A DNA stretch of 64,000 nt from Enterobacterales bacterium (GTDB lineage: Bacteria > Pseudomonadota > Gammaproteobacteria > Enterobacterales > GCA-2746155): NCBI GenBank assembly GCA_965250035.1, contig OZ252282.1:593395-657394 (forward strand). Direction: 5' to 3'. The position numbers and the translations under genes were made by a program. Within the stretch, counting starts at the first letter, position 1. Each line of letters starts with the position of its first letter. Below are positions 1-7,226 of the stretch, in pieces. Under the pieces are notes generated by a model. That model had not been told where the DNA came from. It ran no database searches and saw only the letters and a list, made by a program, of their open reading frames with translations.

Positions 1-921
1 GCGGTCATCATAACCGAAACAAATATCCCTAATCGCGAGAACCTGGCTTATTTCGGCAATTCAAACGAGGCACATGCAATTTATAACTTCGCGCTGCCGC
101 CACTGTTATTACATGCACTAGTCTATGGTGATGCGCAGTATCTCAATAATTGGTTGATGAGTATGCCGCCAGCACAGGATGGAACGACCTACTTGAATTT
201 CATTGCCTCACACGATGGCATCGGTTTGCGTCCAGTCGAGGGGATTCTGGAGGATGACAGAGTCGATGAGATGGCTCGGTTGATGCAATCATTCGGTGGT
301 CGTATTTCCTGGCGTAATCTCAGTGATGACCAGGTCAGGCCTTATGAAATTAATATCAGTCTCTATGATGCATTCAAGGGCACGATCAAAGGACCCGACG
401 ACTGGCAAATGCAACGCTTCATTTGTGCCCACGCAATCATGTTAGGTCTAGAAGGAATTCCAGCGATCTACATCCATAGTCTGGTCGCGACTGAAAACGA
501 TTTCGAGCGTGCTGACAACCTATCCCATAATCGAGCGATTAATCGACACGTCTGGGACGCCGATGAACTCGAAGAAAAATTAGATGATCCTGAGAGTCAC
601 CACCATCGAGTTTTCAACCGGTTAAAAGAGATTATCACTATCCGTAAGAAACAAAAGGCATTCCACCCGAACGCTACCCAGTTCACATTGCATTTGGGGG
701 AGGGCATCTTTGCCTACTGGCGTCAAAGTCGTCGACGTGAGCAGAGTATCTTCTGTATCTATAATATCAGCGACACACATCGTGAGTTACCGCTGAACCG
801 AGTCAACCTGGTCGGGACAGACTGCTGGTATAACCTGTTATCGGACAAAGTGTATCAGGATTTACGGGCCACGATTCAACTGGCGCCCTATGAATTTCTG
901 TGGATATCGAATAAGCGCTGA
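1..921 (+). CDS. GH13 sucrose-phosphorylase-family enzyme, C-terminal part (5' end outside window)
   Basis: Frame 1 is open from base 1 and runs into the 154..921 ORF. Motifs [30 protein letters not shown] and [10 protein letters not shown] are typical of sucrose/glucosylglycerate phosphorylases (GH13). Confidence 0.65.
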   Translation, partial: AVIITETNIPNRENLAYFGNSNEAHAIYNFALPPLLLHALVYGDAQYLNNWLMSMPPAQDGTTYLNFIASHDGIGLRPVEGILEDDRVDEMARLMQSFGGRISWRNLSDDQVRPYEINISLYDAFKGTIKGPDDWQMQRFICAHAIMLGLEGIPAIYIHSLVATENDFERADNLSHNRAINRHVWDADELEEKLDDPESHHHRVFNRLKEIITIRKKQKAFHPNATQFTLHLGEGIFAYWRQSRRREQSIFCIYNISDTHRELPLNRVNLVGTDCWYNLLSDKVYQDLRATIQLAPYEFLWISNKR

Positions 922-961
922 TTTGGATTATCACACCTGGTATATCAAATAAGCGAATTCG

Positions 962-1963
962 TTATGGGTTTAGCTTTTCCAGTTTTCTATTACAACTTAC
1001 TTTTATCCTTATCTTGATATTACCCAGTGCTAACTGCTCCTTGTCGTACTGTTCGTAGATATTTATAGGAAGTCCAACTTTCTCTCTATCTAATTTCCAT
1101 TGAGTAAAATAGTCATCATAAATCTCTTCGTATAAAGTTATTGCTTCTGGTCCGATTTCTTTTAATGCTTTTTGAAGCGACTCTTCGCTGCCCTGTACTA
1201 TAGACAAAGTCACATTAATTAGTTCATATATAGCAATTCTACGCACCTTATCTTTCAGTATTTCTTGCTTGATAGCATCACGATCCAAATCCTCATTTGT
1301 ACTATCGAGTAATTTATTATTTGCAGAAATCCTATCTTTGAGTATCCGAGTGATATTGCTTAAAGCAGTTATATGGCCATTAACAGCAGCTTTGAAAAAC
1401 CAATGAACTGACTTAGTTATGGCTTCGTCGTCGTATTTGTTTTGTGAAACTTGCCTGGGGTATGTCGGTTGATATTGTATTTCTGGTGAGTTAAAAGATT
1501 GGTTTGTCGCAAACCAATGATAATTTATCCCTAAAGCGTACATCGCTAGTGAATCGCCGTTAGTTGTCAACTCTATCAATTGAGATTCTGTATAGTCACC
1601 ATAGGGCTTTAACTCATCGTATGACATGGATAGCCTTTCCCTAGAGAATATTTGGTACGCATATATATCTTCATCATAGAGCAAACTATCAGATGACGTG
1701 CAGTCAATAGAATCCGTTTGAAGCATATGTTGCAATTCTTTATACGACATATCAGAGAGCGTTCGCACGGTATCAGCTGCTACCTCTGTTTCCTCTTCTG
1801 CTGATACATTTTCAATTTTTGTATTTGATGAAGGACCTGCACTAGCTACATTAACTGTATCCGATACTGGTGCAATTGTCTCTACCGGCTCATCGCTTGA
1901 GTTGTAATACAGGGCAAGACCTATGATGAGTATTGTGAGTATGGGGATTACAATCCGTTGCAT
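962..1963 (-). CDS. hypothetical membrane-anchored protein with possible Sel1/TPR-like repeats
   Basis: 333-aa ORF with an N-terminal hydrophobic helix (IVIPILTILIIGLALYY). Segments GDSLAMYALGINY and WFFKAAVNGHITALSNI resemble Sel1-type repeats. Visibly AT-rich compared with the flanking genes. Confidence 0.45.
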   Translation of the reverse strand: MQRIVIPILTILIIGLALYYNSSDEPVETIAPVSDTVNVASAGPSSNTKIENVSAEEETEVAADTVRTLSDMSYKELQHMLQTDSIDCTSSDSLLYDEDIYAYQIFSRERLSMSYDELKPYGDYTESQLIELTTNGDSLAMYALGINYHWFATNQSFNSPEIQYQPTYPRQVSQNKYDDEAITKSVHWFFKAAVNGHITALSNITRILKDRISANNKLLDSTNEDLDRDAIKQEILKDKVRRIAIYELINVTLSIVQGSEESLQKALKEIGPEAITLYEEIYDDYFTQWKLDREKVGLPINIYEQYDKEQLALGNIKIRIKVSCNRKLEKLNP

Positions 1964-2186
1964 CGGCTTAACGTTCCATTTGAACGGTCAGTCAATTATA
2001 CCGAGTTGAACCTTGGACAGGCAATCTCGTTACTGAACGGCAGATAAGTCTCTATCCTAACCCATTGTAGGTGTTGCAGTAGTTGGTATATCCTATGAAG
2101 ATGCATTTGATTACGACACAACGGTGAGTATTGATGCAGGGAAGTGACATTGGAACCATGCATAGGCATGTAGGTAAAAGGCTTAA

Positions 2187-2243
2187 ATGAAATCAATCAA
2201 AGTACTATTCGTCTGCATGGGTAATAATTGGCTATCTAATTAA
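2187..2243 (+). pseudogene. displaced 5' fragment of the LMW phosphotyrosine phosphatase gene (18 codons, then stop)
   Basis: ATG at 2187 encodes MKSIKVLFVCMGN, then NWLSN and a stop. The first 13 residues match the N-terminus and start of the CX5R P-loop of the intact phosphatase at 6440 (MEKIKVLFVCMGNICRSP). AAGG lies just upstream of the ATG. Confidence 0.7.
2196..2226. repeat. left copy of a 31-bp imperfect direct repeat (candidate attL-like junction)
   Basis: atcaaagtActattcgtctgcatgggTaata matches 6449..6479 at 29 of 31 positions in the same orientation. Confidence 0.8.
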
Positions 2244-2587
2244 ATCAATAAGGTACCTTTCTTTGTGTACCATTTTGTATGCCACTAGTAACTAACCTGT
2301 GGTCTGATAAAGTCATGGCTAACTTCAATAATAATGTGGAGCACTATTCATCGATTGATCAATCGCATTCATAGGAATAAGATGTAATTGAGCATGGAGC
2401 ATACTAAGTTATTTATTGGAGTCAGATAATCAGTCTAGAAAGATAATGAAGTGTTAACTTTCTACGTGCCGTACACCAGAATAATATTTTTTCAGAAATA
2501 AGACAGGAATTGGTGTATCACAATAGTAATTAATGTTCCTTATCATAATTAGTTACTTCAGTTGTTATTGCATATTGGATGTGAAAA

Positions 2588-4273
2588 ATGGAATTAAGTA
2601 GTGTGAGTCTGGAAACTTCTGGTCTTCTCCGATTTACTATCGAGAAAACTTTATCCTATTTTGGAAAGGATGATGATACAAGAAAGACCAATGATTGGTT
2701 AAGGCAACATATTGAAGTCGGTTTAGTTCGTGCATCTAATGTACAGGGAATTGGTATGACGCAACCAATTCCTATCGATGACATTTATCAAAAAACCCGT
2801 TTGTATCATCCAAAACCAGAGAAACGTAAAAAGGTTAAATCTATTATTGACCTAGTAAAGGTAGAAGATGGAGCAGTAATCGTAGCGGGTCCTGGTGCCG
2901 GTAAGAGTACTTTAATGCATTGGGCATATCTTAAGTTTCTCAGATGTGAGAATGTAGTTCCATTGCTTTTTATACTGCGTCTTAAACATGGAGTTGATGA
3001 CCTTTCTAGATTTATAAATGAATTACGAAATACTAAAGTAACAAGTATAAAAGAAGCAAAGATCATATTACTTGTCGACGGTTATGATGAAATACCTATT
3101 GAGGAACGGAAGAGAGTTTCTGAATTGTTAGTGAAATTTCTTGGAATGCAGCGAGGTGTATTTGTTTTAACATGCCGAAAGCATTACTCAATTATTGATC
3201 TTCAAGCACCGCACTATCATATTGATAGATTTTCAAACCGAGATGCAAAGAAGTTTGCCCGCGCTTTTTTTAAAGCTCATTCATCTGAAAACGATGCTGG
3301 TGATCTAATATCAGAATTGACAGAGAAGGGTTTTGGAGATTTTATTGGAAGTCCACTGATGTTAACACTTGCATGTGTTCTCAAAACAGGGCCATTACCT
3401 GAACTACCCAAACGATCAATCGGGCTGTTGAGACGAGCTTTAGATACACTTACATTCAGGTGGGACGAAGGGAAAGGTGTATCTCGTGACGGGAAGATCC
3501 CTTTAGATGGTGACGAAAGAATTCGTTGTTTAATGAAAATAGCATATTCATTCAAAAAACCCGTCGGTCGAGAAGAAGATGCTTTACATATTATTGATGA
3601 ACATTTACAGCAGCTACAAAGAACTGAAATAAGCACAATACAGTTATTAGAAGAATTAGCACAATGGTATGGATTACTTGTGCCTACATCAGATGGTGAA
3701 TGGGAGTTTGTCCACCGCACGTTACATGATTATTTAGCTGCTAGGTACTGGGTAGAAAGTGGTGAATTTTGGGCTCATGGATTAATCGAATGGGATACAA
3801 GAGCAGCCTATGCAGCATGCTTAGTACCCGATGCTACAGAGTATTTAAAAAGAGCATTAATTGAATCACCAGACGATATAGTGTTCGCTGAATGCCTAGC
3901 AAATGGTGCTGCCTTTGACTCTTTAAAGGTTGCTCAATCTATGATTGAGAGAGTACATAACAAAAAGACTCGGAGATGTATGTCATATGATAAGTCTAAC
4001 AAGCACATAATTGTTTCATATAAAGAAGATATATGGAGTAACATGAGTACGCAGTTCCTTGATGCTCTAATTCAAGTTGCAAGTAATGGAGCTAACAAGT
4101 CTCATAACGCGATACTGGCGTTATCTTTAGCAGAATCGTTGGGACGCGAAATACGTTATAAATCGATAGATAGGAAAGACTTGAGAGGTTATTTGTTCAC
4201 CGTTTCTATTGGAGATCGAGAGACTGTTGACTTTAGATTTAACGATGTCATTGAGGATAAAAAATCAACATAG
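2588..4273 (+). CDS. NACHT/STAND P-loop NTPase, short form without recognisable fused effector or repeat sensor
   Basis: Walker A VIVAGPGAGKSTL, Walker B ILLVDGYDEIP, sensor-like VLTCRK, GSPLMLTLACV and winged-helix-type EFVHRTLHDYLAARYW, in the order expected for NACHT. About 90 aa precede and about 150 aa follow the core. AT-rich codon usage. Confidence 0.8.
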   Translation: MELSSVSLETSGLLRFTIEKTLSYFGKDDDTRKTNDWLRQHIEVGLVRASNVQGIGMTQPIPIDDIYQKTRLYHPKPEKRKKVKSIIDLVKVEDGAVIVAGPGAGKSTLMHWAYLKFLRCENVVPLLFILRLKHGVDDLSRFINELRNTKVTSIKEAKIILLVDGYDEIPIEERKRVSELLVKFLGMQRGVFVLTCRKHYSIIDLQAPHYHIDRFSNRDAKKFARAFFKAHSSENDAGDLISELTEKGFGDFIGSPLMLTLACVLKTGPLPELPKRSIGLLRRALDTLTFRWDEGKGVSRDGKIPLDGDERIRCLMKIAYSFKKPVGREEDALHIIDEHLQQLQRTEISTIQLLEELAQWYGLLVPTSDGEWEFVHRTLHDYLAARYWVESGEFWAHGLIEWDTRAAYAACLVPDATEYLKRALIESPDDIVFAECLANGAAFDSLKVAQSMIERVHNKKTRRCMSYDKSNKHIIVSYKEDIWSNMSTQFLDALIQVASNGANKSHNAILALSLAESLGREIRYKSIDRKDLRGYLFTVSIGDRETVDFRFNDVIEDKKST

Positions 4274-4323
4274 TTAGTTATTGAATAGTTAAAGTATTAA
4301 GTAGATGACATGAGATAATAGTG

Positions 4324-4467
4324 ATGAAAAATAAGTACTACTTAACTATAATGACTTCGGGCGATAGAGTAATGGAAACTCGCTTGCTGAGAGGCAAGAG
4401 TCTAGTAAGGTTCGATTCCTTACCGCCAAAGGATATTTTGATAGTGTCTTTTGGCGGTATGGATTAG
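4324..4467 (+). CDS. possible 47-aa small ORF (below the ORF-track cutoff), ending 2 nt before the next gene
   Basis: My own translation: MKNKYYLTIMTSGDRVMETRLLRGKSLVRFDSLPPKDILIVSFGGMD, with TAG at 4465-4467 and the next ATG at 4470. No clear Shine-Dalgarno before 4324. It overlaps the hairpins listed next, so coding status is uncertain. Confidence 0.3.
   Translation: MKNKYYLTIMTSGDRVMETRLLRGKSLVRFDSLPPKDILIVSFGGMD
4405..4459 (+). promoter_or_regulatory. two overlapping hairpins: a tRNA T-arm-like hairpin and a 10-bp stem just upstream of the first HEPN gene
   Basis: GTAAGG-TTCGATT-CCTTAC (4405-4423) mimics a tRNA T-arm (GGTTCGATTCC). TACCGCCAAA (4421-4430) pairs perfectly with TTTGGCGGTA (4450-4459) across a 19-nt loop. 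The two structures share bases, so they are mutually exclusive. Confidence 0.35.
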
Positions 4468-4469
4468 AT

Positions 4470-5273
4470 ATGGTTGCCTCTAATCAACAGCTGTACAGAT
4501 ACCATGTAAATAATAATCGTTCAGTAGAAATAGCCCTTAAAAATACATCGTTGGCTGCTAGAAAAGCTATATCTGAAGAAAATGCAACTGCAACGAAATC
4601 ATTTGTTAGCCTGTATGCATTTCTTTTAGGAGCCTGGACTGAAAATAGACACAAGAAGTTACTGTATGAAAGTCCTGGGTTATCTGATCAAGAAAGAAAT
4701 CAAATAATTATAAAACCGACCCAATTAGAAAAATGGGAGAAGTTAATCGAGGTTGCATATCGAAAACACTATCGAATACCGGCAGCTTCACTAGATTATA
4801 ACTCTCTTTCTTTTACCGCTGCCGCTCGATATGTAGTTCTGAACGAAATATTAAACCAAGACCTTAAAAGTGTAATTGAGATTAGAAATAAGTTAGCTCA
4901 TGGTCAATGGGTATACCCTTTAAATAGCAACGAGAATGATATTGAAAATGGAAAATATCAAGCTTTAAATCAGGAAAACCTTGCGGCTTTACAATATAAA
5001 AAATCTTTAATAACTGTTCTTGCTGATCTAGCACATGACCTTGTTGTTTCTCCTCCAACATTTGAAAGAGATTTTGATAATAAATTTCGGCGAATCTCAA
5101 ATACAAGATTGAATTTACAAAATAGAAGTTATCAGAACTATGCTCAAAAGCTTGTAGAAAAGAGAAAGAGAGGAATCCAAAAACGAAAAATTAATGTTAC
5201 ATCTGGTAGTAAGCGATCACGATCTATTTTTGAGAAATTATTTGGTCTAGATAATTTAAAAGAAAGGTATTGA
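4470..5273 (+). CDS. HEPN-domain protein (Abi-like predicted RNase) with a basic C-terminal tail
   Basis: Rx4H motif in SVIEIRNKLAHGQW (R139/H144 of the 267-aa ORF). Helical-looking sequence. K/R-rich tail KLVEKRKRGIQKRKINVTSGSKRSRS. AT-rich. Confidence 0.65.
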   Translation: MVASNQQLYRYHVNNNRSVEIALKNTSLAARKAISEENATATKSFVSLYAFLLGAWTENRHKKLLYESPGLSDQERNQIIIKPTQLEKWEKLIEVAYRKHYRIPAASLDYNSLSFTAAARYVVLNEILNQDLKSVIEIRNKLAHGQWVYPLNSNENDIENGKYQALNQENLAALQYKKSLITVLADLAHDLVVSPPTFERDFDNKFRRISNTRLNLQNRSYQNYAQKLVEKRKRGIQKRKINVTSGSKRSRSIFEKLFGLDNLKERY

Positions 5274-5276
5274 TAG

Positions 5277-6017
5277 ATGAGTAGAACAGACGAGGCAAAA
5301 GTTGAATTTGATGAATTAGTCGCTGAAGGCAAAAAAATTCTTAAAAGTGTATTGGCTGATGAAGATAAGAGCTGGGGTAACTTTCAATGGGTATATCAAA
5401 GTTGGTATACAAGAGCACTACCTGCAGTCGAGTTGATTGCCCCAGACAGATATGAAGAATTTCGTAGATATTACGAACCTGACCCTAAGAGAAAGAGTTT
5501 GGGTTATGGGACCTATGTGATTCAAGATTTCTTTAAGGGGGTTGCTCCAAATAATTACAATTATCCAAATTTTGATACTAAAGAACAGGTTAAGACAGGT
5601 GTTTATAATCAGTTAACTTTGATTAAAGGTATAACATCTCGTATTAATTCAGTGCTAGCTGATTTAGAAACAGAAATATATACGGAATTTAAAGATTCAG
5701 AAATAGAAACTGCACGAGCTTTAGTAAAGGTAAGTGCAAGAGCTTCTGGTGCTCTTGCTGGTGTAGTATTGGAAGGATATTTAAATAAATTATGTACATC
5801 TCATAACATAAAATTTAGAAAAAAAGCACCTACAATATCTGATTATAACGAGGCATTAAAAAAAGCTAAGATACTCAACACTCCTACATGGAGGAAAATT
5901 ACCTATCTAGGCGATATTCGAAATCTGTGCACACATAAAAAAGATGTTGAACCTACAAAAGTTCAGGTAAGTGAAATGATAGACGGGGTTGATTGGGTTT
6001 TGAAAAATATATTTTAG
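5277..6017 (+). CDS. second HEPN-domain protein (DUF4145-like C-terminal half), translationally coupled to the previous gene
   Basis: Rx4H motif in YLGDIRNLCTHKKD near the C-terminus, preceded by ASGALAGVVLEGYLNKLC, which fits the first HEPN helix. The ATG lies 3 nt after the upstream TGA. The N-terminal ~130 aa have no motif I recognise. Confidence 0.6.
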   Translation: MSRTDEAKVEFDELVAEGKKILKSVLADEDKSWGNFQWVYQSWYTRALPAVELIAPDRYEEFRRYYEPDPKRKSLGYGTYVIQDFFKGVAPNNYNYPNFDTKEQVKTGVYNQLTLIKGITSRINSVLADLETEIYTEFKDSEIETARALVKVSARASGALAGVVLEGYLNKLCTSHNIKFRKKAPTISDYNEALKKAKILNTPTWRKITYLGDIRNLCTHKKDVEPTKVQVSEMIDGVDWVLKNIF

Positions 6018-6076
6018 GAAAGTAATAGCTTGTACGAAAGATACAATTACGACTATCTCATTCTCAAATAAACTGA

Positions 6077-6409
6077 CTGAAAAGGAATACGCGCAAGTTA
6101 GAAAAAGAACATTGGACTTATCCATACTGTAATCGCGGCTGCACATTAGGAGATGATGATATTAAGCTTTGTGAAGATGAGGCGTATCTAGCGAAAGATC
6201 ATTGTTACATGAAAGCAAACTGTAAGATAATCATCTGCCCGTTTCCAAATTGTAGGAGATTAACTATAAAAGTACATAGTTTTAACTGCACTGATGGGCT
6301 TAATTATAAATTACAAAAACAATGGTCATTGATACCTGAAGTAAATGCGAAGCCTTTCCTAGATTATATTCCTAAATAGCTACGAGATGATTATTTTGAG
6401 TCTAGCTAA
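6077..6409 (+). pseudogene. decayed and truncated DUF4145-type gene (N-terminal Cys-rich zinc-ribbon-like part only)
   Basis: My own translation: ..EHWTYPYCNRGCTL..IICPFPNCRRLTIKV..WSLIPEVNAKPFLDYIPK*LRDDYFESS*. There is no ATG at the expected start, an in-frame TAG at 6377-6379, and the reading frame ends at 6409 before any HEPN-type domain. The W-x-L-x-P..AK-x-F-x-DYIPK-x-[LI]R-x-DY pattern is what I recall for DUF4145-family N-terminal regions. Confidence 0.45.
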
Positions 6410-6439
6410 GTTATTGATTTTGTGACACTGAGGTATAGC

Positions 6440-6922
6440 ATGGAAAAGATCAAAGTTCTATTCGTCTGCATGGGCAATATCTGTCGTTCGCCAACGGCTC
6501 ATGGCGTGTTTCAAAAGCTGGTCGACGAGGCTGGTTTGAGCGAGCAGATTCTTGTCGATTCGGCTGGAACCATTTCTTACCATGCGGGCGAAGCACCCGA
6601 CCCTCGATCCAGTCAGACGGCCCTGGCGCATGGAATAGACTTATCGCCTCAGCGATCAAGACAGGTGAACGATGATGATTTTGAACGACAGGACTATATC
6701 CTCGCGATGGATTACGACAACCTAAGAAACCTACAACAACAATGTCCTGACCAGTATCAACATAAGCTTCAACTCCTTCTATCCTATCACTCTGACCAGT
6801 ATCTCGATGAAGTACCCGACCCATATTATGGTGGTGCGGATGGATTTGAGACTGTATTCGAGATGATCAACGAAGCATGTGGCGCACTACTGTCTAACAT
6901 TCGCTCAACCCACTCAATTTAG
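6440..6922 (+). CDS. low-molecular-weight protein-tyrosine phosphatase
   Basis: P-loop VLFVCMGNICRSP (CX5R) and DPYYG aspartate loop. ATG at 6440 with GAGG at 6430-6433 is preferred over the GTG at 6422 given in the ORF track. Confidence 0.85.
   Translation: MEKIKVLFVCMGNICRSPTAHGVFQKLVDEAGLSEQILVDSAGTISYHAGEAPDPRSSQTALAHGIDLSPQRSRQVNDDDFERQDYILAMDYDNLRNLQQQCPDQYQHKLQLLLSYHSDQYLDEVPDPYYGGADGFETVFEMINEACGALLSNIRSTHSI
6449..6479. repeat. right copy of the 31-bp imperfect direct repeat (candidate attR-like junction)
   Basis: atcaaagtTctattcgtctgcatgggCaata lies inside codons 4-13 of the intact phosphatase gene and matches 2196..2226 at 29 of 31 positions. Confidence 0.8.
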
Positions 6923-7226
6923 AGTTTACTCATCCACTTTGTCAGAGTTTTGCCGATTTTCGCGAATTTTCACCCTACATTTGGCAATAATCCCGCAAAA
7001 ATGGTACAACAGGGGGCCTGAAATGGCTCATAATGGTTACGTTAACGTTTGTACTTAAGAAAAGCGACTAACTGATTCTATTATTGAGGATTTTTAGGCG
7101 GTTGGATTCATGCAAATTTAACGACCGAATTAGATGACTTTAACGCGGTGGCTAGTTACACTAGTTTCGCCAAAGTACAAACTGCACTATTTTCCAATTG
7201 ATCATAAAAATAACTGGAGTATTGGG

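Noticed and set aside
1996-2196. 66-aa minus-strand ORF in the intergenic region left of the phosphatase stub
   Set aside because: No ribosome-binding site or motif. The region is better explained as the original phosphatase promoter and 5' UTR.
2806-3720. Minus-strand ORFs of 86 and 147 aa inside the NACHT gene
   Set aside because: The plus-strand frame carries the ordered NACHT motifs. The antisense ORFs have no motifs and are typical of AT-rich DNA read in reverse.
4360-4428. Complete tRNA gene in the NACHT-HEPN spacer
   Set aside because: The T-arm is convincing and acceptor/D/anticodon-like stems can be drawn. However, with a 5-bp T-stem the 3' acceptor strand no longer pairs with the 5' end, there is no 8-9 linker, the anticodon loop is 6 (or 8) nt without a properly placed U33, and the total length is only ~69 nt. 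I report it as a tRNA-like fragment or structure, not as a tRNA.
6923-7226. Fur box or cobalamin/TPP riboswitch upstream of the TonB-dependent receptor
   Set aside because: I found no match to the 19-bp Fur palindrome beyond generic AT-richness, and no B12-box or other riboswitch core.
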